Source of the DNA: Octopus sinensis
Taxonomy: Eukaryota
DNA length: 64,000 nucleotides
Assembly: GCF_006345805.1 (NCBI RefSeq)
Contig: NC_043002.1
Span: 51,708,001 to 51,772,000, forward strand
Direction of reading: 5' to 3'
In this document: positions 38,554 to 50,091 of the stretch, piece after piece
Layout of the letters: every line of letters begins with the position of its first letter
Numbering within the stretch: the first letter of the stretch is position 1
Notes under the pieces: model-generated
Told to the model about the DNA's origin: nothing
What the model saw: the letters and a program-made list of their open reading frames with translations, nothing else
Databases searched by the model: none
Translations under genes and position numbers: made by a program

Positions 38554-38864
38554 CTCTTACTTTTTTTATTCCACACTGAAATTTGACATTGAACTTTTCC
38601 ACAAAAAACTGTATATTACACGCTTTTACTAAATATCTTATTCTGAAACAGAACACTGTAAAAGACTTTTACTTTTTTTCTTATACACTGAAATCATTCA
38701 CAAAAAATGAACATTGTATTCTAACCCAATTTTTCTCTTTTTTTTGTTTAAAAAAAGAACTTTCACCTAATTAAATACACTCTCCCTTACTTAAATTATT
38801 TTGTCAGCATTTTCTTCATTTCCTTTTTTTATATATCACAACTCGTGTTTCACATCTCCTTTTT

Positions 38865-38912
<48 letters not shown>

Positions 38913-38983
38913 TAAATACGTTCATACATACATACTTACTGCAAAAGAATGTTACTGAGGTTTGATAATTTTCACCTAACCAG

Positions 38984-39110
38984 AAACCAGGATTTCGAAG
39001 CTGGCATTTTCTGCATGATAGTTACCTATCACAAAATGTTAGCAAAATCGTTATACGACGAGAAATTTTTATTCAACAAACGAAAGCAAAGCATTACGAC
39101 GGCCAATGTT
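38984..39110 (+). other. Possible exon (unidentified)
   Basis: ttttcacctaaccag| ... |gtaaga; two frames stay open across it; no recognisable domain. Confidence 0.25.
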
Positions 39111-40682
39111 GTAAGAACTGCAGTTTTGATAAGTTTTTTTGTTTGCTTTTAAACTTTAATTCAATATTAAGAGTAGTAGAATTTAGATTATTATTTCTTA
39201 GGGTAAATTGACAAAGTTTTTGCTTTCGGATACTATGATTGGATTCTCAGAGAAGCAGGATTTAGATTTTTTTAATTTTCAGGCAAGTTGACAAGAACAA
39301 TTTTGCATGAATTTTGACCAACAAGCTAACTGCCTTACGGTGGATGCATTGGCTATTTTTACATTTTAAAAATTTTATATTAGCCATAGCTTTACTATTC
39401 ATATGCCCAGGTTCTCTTCTTACTATATAGTTGATATATTCTCATACCTCTTCTTAATTATATAGATATAGGTAATTTATTCCTTGGTTTTATAATAAAA
39501 CTACTATTACATTAATATTCACTATTATATAGAAAATTATTTTTTATAATGAATTTTTACACTTTCCTTTTTGATGTGTTCGTATTATGCACTTCGTTAC
39601 AATATAAAAATTTATATACAAAGATATAGGATCTAATATTTTGTACAATTATAATTACATTTCTCATTATTCTAAAAAAATATTAACTTTAAAGGAAATA
39701 AATATACAGGCTGGTTTCATCTAATTAACACAAAACAAGCATTCATTTATTTATAACAAATATCGCTTGCATGCTTTAATTTTGATGCTTCACTTTATTG
39801 GGGGTGGGGCGCATTGAATACAAGGCCAAATAATAATAATCACGAAGAAAAATAAATAATATGGTCGGTACTGAATTGAATGATAAACAAAGGAAGCAAA
39901 ATCAAACAAATATGAAAGGAAAAGAAAAAATATTGGAAATTGAAAATATAAATCAAATATTGTAAAAGGACAAGAAGTTGAAAATATAAATCAAATATTG
40001 TAAAAGGACAAGAAAATTTAGAGTCAAAAATAAAGAATACAACAAACGAAAAAAAATAGCAAAAAAATCATTTAAAGAAACAAATAAAACAAATAATGCA
40101 AATAGACAAAAAAAATTATTTTTATATTAGCCAATGCAACGAAATCGTGTCCAGATAACTTTTTCGTATATTTAGAATTTAAGAACATCTGAAAATTGAA
40201 AAAAAAAACAATATAAAATTATTTTCGTTCAATCAGCAACAATGAAAAATGATTCAAATATTTTTTAACAAAGGAATATTAATTGGTTTTATTGTATTGC
40301 CTGGGAAAAAAGTGAATTACAATTAAAAATGCAGGCGCATACATTTTAATATTCTTAAGTTATTACACCTGGAAAAGTACAGAACAATATTTCTATAGTA
40401 AATTTTGCTTAATTCATCACTTCTAAAGGAAACTAAAAAGTACATAAAATTCTACTGTACTTAAAATATTGCAGCCGAGAATAACATCTTTAAATTTAAA
40501 ATCCATTATATTAGGTAAATTTGAGATAATTTATTTTATTTATTATGAGAATCTAAAAAAAAAACACATAAATCTTTAATAACATGGTACGAAAATAATT
40601 TAAACGAAACATTTAAAAAAAAAATCATTTTCTAAAAATAATATACAATTGAAACAATTGAAACAATTTTATTTAGTTGTAT

Positions 40683-40883
40683 CTCTTTTACTCTTTACTC
40701 TTTTACTTGTTTCAGTCATTTGACCGCGGCCATGCTGGAGTACTGCCTTTAGTCGAGCAAATCGACCCCAAGACTTATTCTTTGTAAGCCTAGTACTTAT
40801 TCTATCGGTCTCTTTTGCCGAACCGCTAAGTTACGGGGACGCAAACACACCAGCATCGGTTGTGAAGCGATGTTGGGGCAACA

Positions 40884-40924
<41 letters not shown>

Positions 40925-40951
40925 CACACACACACACACATATATATATAT

Positions 40952-41008
<57 letters not shown>

Positions 41009-41152
41009 CATATATACGACGGGCTTCTTTCAGTTTCCGTCTACCTAATCCACTTACAAGTCTTTGGTCGGCTCAAGACTATAGTAGAAGACACTTGCCC
41101 AAGGTGCCACGCAGTGGGACTGAACCGGGAACCATGTGGTTGGTAAGCAAGC
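40683..41152 (-). mobile_element. SINE family B
   Basis: Reverse complement of the family B consensus. Confidence 0.9.
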
Positions 41153-41744
41153 TACAATTATGGTCGTAAGTCGACGATGACCTGTAAATGAATGTAACAC
41201 AGGAGCAAATATCTCTGCTTCTTACTTCCACTTCTGTATACAATACAATGAGTAAGCTTGTACATGGTCACTCCATCTACTAGAAATAATAACAAATTCT
41301 CCATCCTCTAAAAGAGAAGAACACATTAAAATGGTAGGCTTAATCTGTTACTTGGTTTAACGTCACTACATGACATCGTAAGTGCCCTTATGGAAGTCCA
41401 CCAGAAATGCACTCGAAGTATCAGAACCACAGTAATCTCCTTACAACTATTAGAGTTCTTACTGATATTGCTGTAGCTATTATTGTTATTCTTTAGGTCA
41501 GGCCAAATTTGACTACAAGGATCTGTTATAAAAGATTTTCCATTCTTCATCATCCTGTCTTTTATTTTTCTTTCTTTTCAAGTAGTAAGCATCCAGCGCT
41601 ATATTATTCAAAGTCTTTTTGTTTTGGGTTTTTTTCGTTTAAAAAGATAGAGTTATCAGAAGCAGATTTGGTTGCCACTTCTCGCAGGTCGATCAAGCGG
41701 CTCTCGCTTTCAATTGAAAAGTAATAAATACATATTGTTTTCAA

Positions 41745-41950
41745 ATTTTAGCAAAAGCCCAGCAGTTTCGGAGGAAGGGGTAAGTCGATGACATCAATTC
41801 CAGTATTCAGCTGATACTTATTTTATTGACTCCGAAAGGATGAAAGGCAAAGTTGATCTCGGTGGAATTTGAACTCAGAACATGAATATGGACAAAATGC
41901 CGCGAAACATTTCGCCCGGCGTGCTAACGATTCTGTAAGCTCGTCGTCTT
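41745..41950 (-). mobile_element. SINE family A
   Basis: Reverse complement of the family A consensus. Confidence 0.8.
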
Positions 41951-42061
41951 ACAGTAAATAAATGTTAAAGGGAATAAAAATGTTTAACCTTTCCATAGTT
42001 TTTGTCTCCCACATATTTTTTCCTATTTTTCACTAATTGTATACTCCAAAATAGAAACATT

Positions 42062-42480
42062 CAGGAGTGGCTGTGTGGTAAGTAGCTTGCTAACCAACCA
42101 CATGGTTCCGGGTTCAGTCCCACTGCGTGGCATCTTGGGCAAGTGTCTTCTGCTATAGCCCCGGGCCGACCAATGCCTTGTGAGTGGATTTGGTAGACGG
42201 AAACTGAAAGAAGTCTGTCGTATATATGTATATATATATATATAAGTGTGTGTGTTTGTGGGTTTGTGTGTCTGTGTTTGTCCCCCTAGCATTGCTTCAC
42301 AACCGATGCTGGTGTGTTTACGTCCCCGTCACTTAGCGGTTCGGCAAAAGAGACCGATAGAATAAGTACTAGGCTTACAAAGAATAAGTCCCGGGGTCGA
42401 TTTGCTCGACTAAAGGCGGTGCTCCAGCATGGCCGCAGTCAAATGACTGAAACAAGTAAAAGAGTAAAGAGTAAAGAGAG
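42062..42480 (+). mobile_element. SINE family B, full length
   Basis: Head and tail intact. Confidence 0.9.
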
Positions 42481-42589
42481 TGTGTCCTGGATTTTTAGTT
42501 GCGTCGCACTGTGAAATTACGTCTTAATATAATTACAGTGTAACCAAAGATTGCTTTCTCATTTGAAGTGAATCCTGCTAAATTCTTTG

Positions 42590-42820
42590 AATGCAAATTC
42601 TGCTTTATACATACATAACCCCTATGCTGAACTTTTTGATAAATTTGCAGTTACTCTATCGATATTACAAGTTCAAGTTTATACCTGTAATTATTGGGGC
42701 CCTGGGATATGTAACACACTGCCTAAATACCAGAAAGGAGAAAGCCAATTCGAAGACGACAGATCCAATCCATTACTGGAACTGTAAAAATCTTTAAAAC
42801 TTTCCAGAAGTTTATTATTT
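42590..42820 (+). mobile_element. R4/Dong-like RLE LINE 3' fragment
   Basis: YKFKFIPVIIGALGYVTHCL...QSITGTVKIFKTF. Confidence 0.7.
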
Positions 42821-43099
42821 AAATATATATGAACATGTCTACATATGTAACTATATGCATGAAAAATGTACATACAACATACAAATCTGCACCTACATAC
42901 ACACTCACACACACACATACATACATGCATGCATACATACATAAATACATACATACATACATACCTCGCTATATTGCCGTTCACCTGTCGTGGTTTATTA
43001 TTTAAGCTTACGTCGATTCCTCTTTGGTGTTGTTTTGCATTTATAATAAAATAAATATATACGAATTATAAAAACAATTTTTAAAAAATTATACAGTAC

Positions 43100-43182
43100 A
43101 GTACTGTTTCTACTTCACTTATTTTCACCTATCGCGGGGAGGGGGTTTGGAACATAACACCCGCGATAGTCGAGGGATTACT

Positions 43183-43195
<13 letters not shown>
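43100..43195. mobile_element. Terminal fragment of a pogo/Tigger-like DNA transposon
   Basis: tcgcgggg..tttggaacataacacccgcgata..cgagggattactgTA terminus. Confidence 0.5.
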
Positions 43196-43218
<23 letters not shown>

Positions 43219-43865
43219 GTTGTATCATTCGTCTCCAAATGTTGTACCGCCACGATATTGTGACTATGGTTTAGATACACTATACCAGTTTTGTAACAGT
43301 AAGCAAGATAATGATGCACCCGTAATAACAACGTAACGATCCAACAATCTCTTCATGAACTAACAATCAATATTCCAAACCAACTAACCAGCCGACAGCT
43401 TCCCACTTCACTGTGAGCTTAACTGAACTAAACACAAACTCCATTCCGACTGCTACTATTTATAATCGCTCATTCCATGCTACTTCTCGCAAGGGGGCGT
43501 CGTGGCTCTCAATACATCACTCCTTCTGAGATCTCGACTTCGGTAAATAAGTTATTTTTCATTAAGCATAACTAGTCAGGGGACCTTTGCCCAAAATGCA
43601 TTAAATCACACAAACAGACAGACAGACACACACACACACACATTTTATCGTCTGTTGTCGAAAGCATACAAGCTAACATTTCGAAGTCAGTCTTTCCATT
43701 GTAAAAGTTTAATAAACATGTAGTTAACAAAAAATATCGAGTAACCCTTCAGTTACATCTTAAATTGCTTTTGCATGTAACTTTACATGAACACTCAAAA
43801 GTCTATGTAAAGTTGTATATGTATAAAAAGAATTAAAGGTAATACTATGCAGCTTCGTAATAAAC

Positions 43866-43897
<32 letters not shown>

Positions 43898-44024
43898 CAT
43901 TGATACATAATACATAATACATACATACATACATACATACATACATACATACATACATACATACATACATACATACATACATAAATATATATATATATAT
44001 ATTATATATATATATATTATATAT

Positions 44025-44086
<62 letters not shown>

Positions 44087-44172
44087 ATACTATTTTATTT
44101 ATATTGTAATTAGGGAATAAAATTTCCGGCGTTACTGGGATTCAAATAAATTGAATTATTCTCAAAAAGAAA

Positions 44173-44889
44173 ATATATGCCATTTCGAGATAGACGTCTC
44201 CATGCAATTCATCAAATCCTAATTTACATCACACCATATCATAGAATTTATTTTAATACTTACTATTTCAGTTCGAAATTTCACTTCTACACGTGTTTCA
44301 TGAGGTGCGTTTAAAGTTCCCAAGACCCACAGACTTTTTCAGAAACAGGTCTTAACTGCAACCCGTGTAGAAGTGAAATTTCGAACTGAAATAGTAAGTA
44401 TTAAAATAAATTCTATGATATGGTGTGATGTATATTAGGATATGTGGGGGCGCAATGGCCCAGTGGTTAGGGCAGCGGACTCGCGGTCATAGGATCGCGG
44501 TTTCGATTCCCAGACCGGGCGTTGTGAGTGTTTATTGAGCGAAAACACCTAAAGCTCCACGAGGCTCCGGCAAGGGATGGTGGTGATTCCTGCTGTACTC
44601 TTTCACCACAACTTTCTCTCACTCTTACTTCCTGTTTCTGTTGTACCTGTATTTCAAAGGGCCGGCCTTGTCACTCTCTGTGTCACGCTGAATTTCCCCG
44701 AGAACTACGTTAAGGGTGCACGTGTCTGTGGAGTGCTCAGCCACTTACACGTTAATTTCACGAGCAGGCTGTTCCGTTGATTCGGATAAACCGGAACCCT
44801 CGTCGTCGTAACCGACGGAGTGCTTCCAATATTCCAATATTAGGATTTGATGAATTGCATGGAGACTTCTATCTCTAAATGACATATAT
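44173..44889. repeat. Foldback (arms 44173-44293 and 44364-44441 plus 44847-44889) with a SINE inserted in the right arm
   Basis: The arms are reverse complements once the SINE is removed. Confidence 0.85.
44446..44836 (+). mobile_element. SINE family C (long-tail variant)
   Basis: 10-bp TSD atattaggat at 44432-44441 and 44837-44846. Confidence 0.92.
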
Positions 44890-44891
44890 AT

Positions 44892-44947
<56 letters not shown>

Positions 44948-44952
44948 ATATA

Positions 44953-45333
44953 TCTTTTTCTCTTTTTTACTTGTTTCAGTCATTTGACTGCGGCCATGCT
45001 GAAGCACCGCCTTTTAGTCGAGCAAATCGACCCCAGGTCTTATTCTTTGTAAGCCCAGTACTTATTCTATCGGTCTCTTTTGCCGAACCGCTAAGTGACG
45101 GGGACGTAAACACACCAATGCTAGGGGGACAAACACGCACACACAAACACACACACACACATACATATATATACATATATACGACAGGCTTCTTTCAGTT
45201 TCCGTCTACCAAATCCACTCACAAGGCATTAGTCGGCCCGGGGCTATAGCAGAAGACACTTGCCCAAGATGCCACGCAGTGGGACTGAACCCGGAACCAT
45301 GTGGTTGGTTAGCAAGCTAACCACTCCTGCGCA

Positions 45334-45387
<54 letters not shown>

Positions 45388-45738
45388 CTTTTTATCTTTT
45401 CACTTGTTTCAGTCTTATTCTTTGTAAGCCTAGTACTTATTCTATCGGTCTCTTTTACCGAACAGCTAAGTTACGGGGACGTAAACATACCAGCATCGGT
45501 TGTCAAGCGATGTTGGGGGGACAAACACAGAAACACAAACACACACACACACACACATATATACATATATATACATGCGATGGGCTTCTTTCAGTTTCCG
45601 TCTACCAAATCCACTCACAAGTCTTTGATCGGCCCGAGGCTATAGTAGAAGACACTTTCCCAAGGTGCCACGCAGTGGGACTGAACCCGGAACCGTGTGG
45701 TTAGTAAGCAGGCTACTTACCACACAGCCACTCCTGCG
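44953..45738 (-). mobile_element. Two tandem SINE family B copies (44953-45332, 45388-45738)
   Basis: Reverse-complement matches to family B. Confidence 0.9.
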
Positions 45739-46019
45739 ATAAATTCTTATTAGTTGACGAGGCGCAGTAAGATCCGCTGGCGAGAACTGAGATGCCGTAC
45801 ATCAGAATTTGAAATCAAGTGATATGTGTATATCTGCTACTTCAATTGTGAGCTCGTCTCACTACTGTACGGAGTTTTCTCGCTTCCTCTCTTCCGTCAA
45901 CGTATTAAGATAGCGCTTTTTGTGATTAATCGAGTCGTTTTGACTCTTATTTCTAGCAATGCTGTTACCATTTTGTACCCTTGCTACCTTAGTGTCGTTG
46001 TTCTATATATATATATATA

Positions 46020-46423
46020 TATGTATGTATTTATGTGGTGTGTGTGTGTGTGTCTGTGTTTGTCCCGCTCCCATGCTTGACAACCTATGTTGGTGTGTTT
46101 ACGTTCCCGTAACTTATCGGTTCGGCGAAAGAACCGATAGAATAAGCATTAGGCTTACAAAGTCCTGGGGTCAATTTCTTCGTCTAAAAACCCCCTTAAG
46201 GTAGTGCTCTAACATGGCCGCAGTCAATTGATTGAAACAAGTAAAAGAATTTAAAATTATAGACCTAGGCATGGCTCTGTAGTAAGAAGTTTGCTTCGCG
46301 AACACCTGGTTCCGGGTTCAGTCTCACTGCGTGGCACATTCGACGATTGACTCCCACTTTACCAACGGTCCCCTTGTGAGCAGATTTGATGAACGGAAAC
46401 TGAAAGAAGTCCGTCATAAGAGT

Positions 46424-46507
<84 letters not shown>

Positions 46508-46710
46508 ACGCGCGTGTTTGTATCTGCGTTTGTCTCTCATCACCACTTGATGTGTTTACGTCCCTATAACTTAGAGATTCAGCAAAAAAGACCGATAGAA
46601 TTAGTACCAGGTTTAAAAAGGAAATAATTACAGGAGTTGATTAATTCAACTAAAATTCCTTAAAATGGTGCCCCAGCACGACCGCAGTATAATGGCTGAA
46701 ACAAGTAAAA
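46020..46710 (+). mobile_element. SINE family B 3' half plus degenerate full copy
   Basis: Family B motifs with an internal (TG)n. Confidence 0.75.
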
Positions 46711-46844
46711 GAAATAAAAGAAAAGATTAAGTTTATTTGGTTTAAAAATTAAAATTGATTTTCCGCAAAGTGGGAGTGACAGAAAGGATTTCAAATCTAC
46801 TGGAATAAACATGCGCAAGTTCAAGGTCAATATTCTAAAAAATC

Positions 46845-47035
46845 CTCTGGGCAAAATGCTTAGTGATATTTCGTCTGTCTTTACGTTCAAAGTTCAAACT
46901 ATGCCGTGGTCGACTTTGCCTTTCATCCTTTCGGGGTCACTAGATTAAGTACCAGTTGCGTACTGGGGTCGATCTAATCGACTGGCCCCCTCCCCCGAAA
47001 AAATTTCGGGCCTTGTGCTTAGAGTAGAAAAGAAT
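46845..47035 (+). mobile_element. SINE family A, 5'-truncated
   Basis: Family A body and tail. Confidence 0.8.
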
Positions 47036-47857
47036 ATTCTAAAAAAAATCCTTTCATTTAGGATATTTTCATTAAAAGGGTTGGTATGGAGTGTGGAATA
47101 GTATAAAGTATTCAAATATTAAATATTTTGTAAGGAAATTACGTTGATTTAGTTAAATGTAAATTGACTTTTAAATTAGTGTGTCAAAAAATTACAAGGA
47201 ATTTGTAATCAATTGAAAGTACACCCTAAATAAATAGAGTAGTTATTAACGTTAATGGTAATTCTTTTTAAGAATGGCAAGAGAGAGAACTCCGCAATTT
47301 ATATTAAGAATCAACTTTTCGTGACGTTAAGTCAGTTATGTTTTACGAGGGTTAACATCGCGTCCTTTTTCTGAAAAACAAAAAAGTTGAACAACAAAGA
47401 CATACATGATAGGTATCTACCTTAAGATTTATACGTTTTGAGATAATGAACTGCCAAATAGTATGAAAACAAACTAGAAAAATGTAAACAAATTAGAAAA
47501 ACCGAAATATCGGTGAAGGTAACAAATAGCTGAAAGTCACTAAGTAACAACTTCATGTAGTAGCCTTGAGATTCGGCCTACTACTGATGTACACGAAGAT
47601 TAGATGCTAACTTGTGACATAAGACAAGTAAATTTTGAAAGGTATTTTTTGTGTGCCAGGGTATTCTAAAGAAATTACTGTTATGTAACTATTTAGACAT
47701 TGACAGATAATTTCAAAGTTTGTTTCGTCTGGAATTTTATCCCAAGGACACCAGGAATATTGTGTCTTTCAAGTTAATAAAAATAAAAGGAAAATCAATT
47801 TTGATGTTTTTTTTTTATGTTTCTGTGTTGGTATTTTACGAAAGCTTTTTGTGAACA

Positions 47858-47961
47858 ATGAATAAGTGGCCTCGGTTGTCAAAGATTGTTATACCCAGGT
47901 GTCGTGACGGAACTTCAAGGACGTCATTGTTGATATTAAAATTCTTACACAGTTTTATGGG
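47858..47961 (+). other. Possible exon with ATG
   Basis: acaATG..MNKWPRLSKIVIPRCRDGTSRTSLLILKFLHSFMG|gtaagt (strong donor, phase 2). Confidence 0.25.
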
Positions 47962-48152
47962 GTAAGTCCAGTTCTATTTTTTATTATTATTTTATTTCAT
48001 TTGGGAAGCAAATTCTTTACTGTTTCAATGAAATTTAACTTTTAAACAGTTAAAACACACGCACTTTTATAATTAAATTTGACTGCGATTTCGAGTGTTT
48101 TGTATGAAATATGTTGAAGCAGCGAGATTCGAAATATTCTAAGTATTTCCAC

Positions 48153-48525
48153 TGGGCGTGGATGTGTGGTAAGAAGTTTGTTTCTCAACTATTCGGCTCC
48201 AGTTTCAATCCCTCTGTTGCATCTTCGACTAGTGTCTTCTACTATAGCCTCAGATTAATCAAAGCCTTGTGAGTTAATTTGGTAAACGGAAACTGAAATA
48301 ATCCCGTCGTATATTTACGTGTGTGTGTATTTCTTACTACTACTTGACAACCAGTGTTGGCTTGTTTACTACCCAGCAAGTTAGCAGTTCGTGAAAAGAG
48401 ATCGATTGAATAAATACTAGGCTTAAAAGAATGTAGTGGGATCAATTTATTTGGCTAAACCCTTCAACGCAGTGCCCCAACATGGTCGCAGTCAAATGAC
48501 TGAAACAAGTAAAAGATTAAAAAAA
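48153..48525 (+). mobile_element. SINE family B, degenerate
   Basis: Family B motifs. Confidence 0.75.
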
Positions 48526-49243
48526 TAATAACGATGGGCCATGTCTTCTGTTAAGGAATTGTTACTTTCTCTCTTCCCCTCTGTCACATCACCACCAATT
48601 CCATTCCCAACATTATCATATATATCAATTCGAGCACGAAAAAAACTGGTGGTGACCCAGATTGATTTTCTTGGAGAGGAAAACTGCGACACATCTTCAA
48701 AATGATACACGATATGTATCCCGCGGTTAAAGAAGTAAGCACATCAGTTAATCTGATAGTATTGTTTACGCTTAAGCGCACAATTACACAAGAAAAATGC
48801 CAAGATAGAGATTATTTAATTATTAATTATTAATAGGTTAATGAGAAAAAGGCCAACAAGTAGAACAAAAGGCATTCAATAATATATACAAGCAAGGATA
48901 TGCCATGATTAAAAATAAGATTTTCTTTTAGTATGTCTGTGTGCGCAGGAAGAACCGAGAAACATCAACACCTCAGGGATGAATTCAACAACTTATTTCG
49001 TACATCATCTTCCGCCTAGTCTCAGAATTTATTTTACCATCTCCAAAGCTCTTGTCCTTATCACTGGCATCTCTATCACTATCAATATACCTCACTAGTC
49101 TACCTCTAGGCATTACCGACTTAGTGGCTTCAACACATATTTCTACTTATCCACTTCTCATCTTATTGCACTAAAACCGCCTTCTCGCCGACTGTGCAAA
49201 AAGGATTTTTTTTCTAATTGCCTAATATGGTTTCAGCCATCCG

Positions 49244-49302
49244 TCTGACTGTTTCTGATGAACCAAGGGTGAAAGCAATGTAATATCAGGAACGGTCAGC
49301 AT
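49244..49302 (+). ncRNA. Candidate pre-miRNA hairpin
   Basis: 49245-49259 pairs with 49285-49299 over 15 contiguous bp (2 G-U); 22/22-nt arms with 2-nt 3' overhang geometry, 15-nt loop, CAAC at +17. Confidence 0.5.
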
Positions 49303-49329
49303 ATAACTGGCAATGTTTCAACTACACAA

Positions 49330-49770
49330 GATGGCGAGCTGGCAGAACCGTTACCGCGCTGGACAAAATACTTAGCGGCATTTCGACCGTCTTTATGTTC
49401 TGAGTTCAAATCCTGCCAAGATCAACTTTGCCTTTCATCCTTTCGGGGTCGATAAAATAAGTACCAGTTGAATACTGGGGTCAATGTAATCAACTTAGCC
49501 GCTTCCTCGAAATTGCTGGCATTGTACCTAAGTTTGAAATCAGTATCTTTACCACACAAAGTGGCGAGCCGGCAAAATCGTTTGCATACTGCACAAAATA
49601 CTTAGCGGCATTTCGTTCGTCTTTACGTTCTGAGTTCAATTTCTGCCGAAGTCGACTTTGCTGTACATACTTTCGTAGTCGATAAAATAAATGCCAGGTC
49701 GATAAAATAAGTAACAGTACTTACCCCGCCACCGAAATTGCTGGCCTAATTGCCAAAATTCTAAACCAAT
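49330..49770 (+). mobile_element. Two tandem SINE family A copies
   Basis: Heads at about 49330 and 49560. Confidence 0.85.
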
Positions 49771-49933
49771 ATTTCTACTACACAAGTTTGTTAGCTCCAT
49801 TTCCTAGAAGGGTAACCACCACTGACCCAACCACAATCGTCATATCATACTCACTTCTAATTTCTCAAAGATAATGGAGATAGCTATTAGCAATAGTTTT
49901 TTTCCAACATCTTGATTCATTCTTTCTCTTCAG

Positions 49934-50091
49934 TGACCATGAGTACAGCATGAGAAAGCTAAGTCGCATAGAGCAAGAATCAGTTGACTTTGAAGTATCA
50001 CAGGGTCCGAGAGATGAGAAGCGTTGCGTAGAACATGGATGTGTAGTGGGTGGTCGAGGTAAAAAAAATGGCTGGTTAGTTCGATAGATGC
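49934..50091 (+). CDS. Putative coding exon, neuropeptide-precursor-like
   Basis: ttctttctcttcag| DHEYSMRKLSRIEQESVDFEVSQGPRDEKR-CVEHGCVVGGR-GKK-NGWLVR*; alternative donor gag|gtaaaa at 50058. Confidence 0.35.

Larger units (their letters stand above)
33624..38830 (-). mobile_element. Near full-length Neptune-like Penelope-like element with inverted pseudo-LTRs
   Basis: Minus-strand RT-thumb-GIY-YIG ORF pieces between inverted arms 33624-34770 and 37573-38830; each arm includes the last codons of the endonuclease. Confidence 0.92.

Noticed and set aside
41497-41531. Terminal-exon-like GQAKFDYKDLL*
   Set aside because: Too short to distinguish from chance; competing minus-strand splice signals in the same region.
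48660-48734. Exon-like segment ending aaagaa|gtaagc (GKLRHIFKMIHDMYPAVKE)
   Set aside because: Weak acceptor, in-frame stop just upstream, and phase incompatible with neighbouring candidates.
49164-49185. TATTGCACT.. resembling miR-92
   Set aside because: No hairpin partner upstream; the match is limited to the seed region.
49255-49274. CTGATGA-acc-aag-ggt-GAAA read as a hammerhead
   Set aside because: No stem I/III or UH site can be formed; the 15-bp hairpin is a better explanation.
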